Below are positions 60,655 to 64,000 of a DNA stretch of 64,000 nucleotides, piece by piece. A model generated the notes under the pieces. The model searched no databases. It was not told the DNA's origin and saw only the letters and a list, made by a program, of their open reading frames with translations. Source of the stretch: Camelus dromedarius. Taxonomy: Eukaryota. Position 1 is the stretch's first letter. Each line of letters opens with the position of its first letter. The position numbers were made by a program, and so were the translations under genes. The DNA lies in the NCBI RefSeq assembly GCF_036321535.1, contig NC_087436.1, positions 77,998,001-78,062,000 on the forward strand, read 5' to 3'.

Positions 60655-62689
60655 GTGTAACTAGTTTTCTCAGGTTGTTGTGCAGCTTGATTTTCTTTAG
60701 ACCAAAGATTCCCTTGATACGACTGCACTGGGCATACTAACGACTAAAGCAACCCAAGAGTCACAACACAGAGATTTCTTACCCAGAAATTATTTGTTGG
60801 GTGGGAAAATATGTGATGATTCTGGGCTGTATATAAAAGGGAATTTCTGAAATAACGGGTTTACATTCAAAACGCAGAGGGTCAGGGGCATATAGTTATC
60901 ACTGATAGTGTTTCCCTTTCCTGGGCTCCTTTCCTCATGTCAGGCTTTCCACGCAGGGTTTGCTGTTGCTGCTGTTTGGATGGCTGAGTGGCTAGGTGAC
61001 TGGGGTTAAGTGTTGCTCCCCATCTAACTCACCATTTGCTAAATGTAGGGACAGGGACACTGAGGATGGACTTGGACAAAGCGGAATAATAGAGAATTAG
61101 AGAAAAGTTGTTGAAGCCCTCAGGCAAGTCGGACATTCTCTCCCACTCTCTGCACACTAAGGGCAAAATTGCCCCTTTATCTCCTTCCCATAATAACTTC
61201 AGAGCATTCCTGAGAAGATGCAGAACTGCTCAGAGAGCTCCCCATGGCAGGTACCTGGGGTTACTTTTCTAAGGCTGATTCCTAAAAGGAGACCAAAGAA
61301 GTGGTTAGTGCCATGACCTATAATTACAAGCTTCAGTGTTTATCCTGGAGTCTGAAATATAAAGGTAACTCCTGGCACCAAAGGACAAAACTAATCAAGG
61401 ATTTTAAGAAGGAAGGATGCAGGGATCACCTGGCAAGTTCAGCTAGTTGACCGAGCAGTGGGATCCATCCAGGTGGCATCTGCTTAAGGGTGGTGCATCA
61501 CTGACCGGCTCAAACAATCTTAACATCTCTGAAGGAAAGAATGCGTCCTCCTTCAGAAATCTTGATTTCATACTCCATAGGAAACATGGGCATTGATGTC
61601 CATTGACTGCCCGACCTTCTTCCCTACAGTGCAGGGCTGGGAACAATGAGTTCTGTTTGGAGATGGAAGCAGATTCTACTTTAAGACTGCCATCTCTCTC
61701 TCCAGCCTCCTCCTGTCACCCATTCTTTATCTGGAGTAAAAATAACCGCACCTTCCACCTATAGGGTGCTTTCAAAGAACCGCTGACACAGCACTTTAGC
61801 TGCTCCACACAAAAGCCCGAGCTGCTTCTGGGATGGAGAACGTTGAAGGAACTGTGATATTTTAAGCATTCAGTGGCAACCGAGGAAGGAGAAAGTTCTT
61901 GAAGAAAGACCGGATACAGATCAACCCCACTGCTCTGGTCCCTCTTCTTTCTGGGCCCCCAACTCGACGGTTGAAGCCAACCAACCGGACTTCGGGTTTG
62001 CTCCACCCATGCCAACTGGAGTTCCTTCTTTGCAAAGGTCGTGCACACAGACACAGAGGTGAGGTGGCCTTGGGAAGGGAGGAGAGCTGGGTGGAGGACC
62101 ATGAAATGTTGACTCACTCAGGCTTGACCAGACTTCCTCCCTTTATCCACACTCCAGTACAATTTTGGTGAACTTAAGTAAACTGTGCATACTGCTAAGT
62201 GTTCCCACTTCCTTTGGGTTATTATCACAGACCTACACCAGCTCCAGTACATGAAAATCCCCTGCCCTCAAAACTTGCCAGCAGAGAGAGGCTCAGAGCA
62301 CAGAACATACTCGCAACCATTCCAGGTAGTAAGTTTTCCGTGCAGAATCCTGTTAGAGCCTGACCTGCTTCTCCATCCTCTGGCACCTCCCACAGTACCC
62401 GTATCCCTTAAATGCTCTGCTGATTTTTGCATTTACATTTCTATTTCTTAGATGTTTTACATGTTGATTTTTTAATGTCCTTGTGCTTTGTCCTTTCTTT
62501 CCTGTGTTTTACGCATCTTCAATACCACCTGTAACTACCACAAGGCTACCTCACCAGAAACATTGAAACGAGTGCTTTTGAAACACTCAGCAACATTACT
62601 GGGACTTCTGAAAGGAGGCATGTTCCTTTCACCTACTCTCCTGACTCTTGAGTTTCCTGCCAGCCTTCATCCAAATGCATGTATATTTA

Positions 62690-63600
62690 GCTACAATGGC
62701 CACTTCGCATCACACTCTTGTACACTTTCATTTACCATCATGTTACATATACTCTGTGCTGTTACACAGTCTTTGGGGTTTATAATACTTAGAGACTACA
62801 TCATGCTCCATCAACAGGATGGAGTATATGTATTTGATATATTGATAGATATTTTGATTATTTCCATTTTTCCCTTGAATTTTTTTGAAATTCTTAAAGG
62901 TTTTATTGATACGATTCACCGACATCTCTGTCACCTATTTAAAGTGCCCAATTCAATGTTTCTTAATACACTCACAGTGTTGTGCAGCCAGTAACACAAT
63001 GTAATTTTAGAATATTTATGCCCCCTGCCCATCCCTCTCTACCTATTAGCAGTCCTTCACCAGCCCTCCTGTCCCCTCCCCCAGCCCTAGGAAACCAACA
63101 GTCAACTTTCTACCTCTGTATTTTTGCCTATCCTGGACATTTTATATAAGTGAAATCATACAGTATGTTGTGTTCTATGGCTTTCATTTAGTGTCATGTT
63201 TTCAAAATTTATCCAGATGTATCACCACTTCATCCTTTTTATTCCCTCCCAAATTCCATTGAATGGATATACGACATTTTATTCATCAGTTTACTCATAT
63301 GAGTTGTTCCCACTTGGGCTATTATGAATAAAGCATTTATGAACATTCACGTACAAGTTTTTATTTCTCTTGGTTATACACCTGGGGGTGGAAATGCTAG
63401 ATCATAAAATACTTCTATGTTTCACATTTTGAGGAACTACCAAACTATTTACTTCCTATAATTAATAGCTATGCAAATATACTTTTTTGGTCTTTTGAAT
63501 CATTTCTTTAGAATATATTTCCAGGAGTAGAGTTCTTCTGCTAAAGATATGGACTTTTTTTTTTTTACAGCTTTTGTTATTTACCATTTGATTATTGCTT
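62690..63600 (-). mobile_element. L1MB-like 3' end (about 62890-63455) nested in an older L1M fragment
   Basis: ttttattgat...ccccagccctaggaaacca...ttgcctatcctggacattttatataagtgaaatcatacagtatg...tttgaggaactaccaaact. Confidence 0.85.
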
Positions 63601-63679
63601 TTCAAAAGGATTGGACTGACTTACACAGCTACCAGGTAACATATATATGCATATATCACGTACAGATGCATGTATGTAC

Positions 63680-64000
63680 ACACTCTTTTTTTTTCTACAC
63701 AGCAAACTTATAAGGAAGATGCCACAAGTAACCTCATATTTACAGACGAGGACACTATGGGCTACTGAGGTCAGTAACTCCCTGCCAGATGACCAAAGCA
63801 ATGCAATGCCTTTCTTATGGGCTTCATTGGCTTCAAGTGTCTGTATTCAACATGTCCCTGGTTTCAATGAGTAATTGCTGACTCTGTCTCTATCCTGTAA
63901 TTTCTTCAGCTTGTGTCACAATGAAACAAGCATGGAGTCAGAGGCACGAGATCAAATTCCAGCCCCATAACGTGGTAGCTTTGAGATCTCGACTAAGCTT
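63680..64000. mobile_element. Two MIR fragments (about 63680-63790 minus; about 63925-64000 plus)
   Basis: ctcatatttacagacgaggacactatgggc; ggagtcagaggcacgagatcaaattccagcccca. Confidence 0.65.

Noticed and set aside
60631..60720. Start ggctggtcc resembling a Y RNA 5' end
   Set aside because: No complementary 3' end (cttgactagcc-type) or oligo-T terminator; the similarity is better explained by chance next to the X-box.
62488..62994. 168-aa ORF
   Set aside because: Runs antisense through L1 remnants, non-ATG start, no domain.

Overview
AT-rich eutherian genomic DNA, most likely a camelid (camel/alpaca/llama). This is inferred from the 3' UTRs of the youngest L1 copies and from the absence of recognisable ruminant, pig or primate SINEs. 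I could not identify any protein-coding gene, tRNA, rRNA, snRNA, miRNA or CRISPR array. The only ORFs with a recognisable product are LINE-1 ORF2 remnants (13325-13564, 40540-40782, and a 21-codon RT piece at 33111-33173). The window reads as a large intron or intergenic stretch with layered repeats: ancient L2, MIR and CR1/L3; hAT-Charlie DNA transposons including a near full-length Charlie1a-like copy; MaLR/ERVL/ERV1 solo LTRs; old L1M; and several lineage-specific L1 3' ends with target-site duplications (TSDs). I did not find a convincing new biological system. The best second-look items are: atypical L1 insertions (a 61-bp internal ORF2 piece with a TSD and no poly-A, and a 16-bp 5' micro-inversion), an unexplained 39-bp direct repeat 2.77 kb apart, a CpG-enriched patch in old repeat DNA, and several candidate cis-regulatory elements or cryptic exons. 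Repeat family names come from recalled consensus sequences, not a database search. Boundaries without a stated TSD are approximate.
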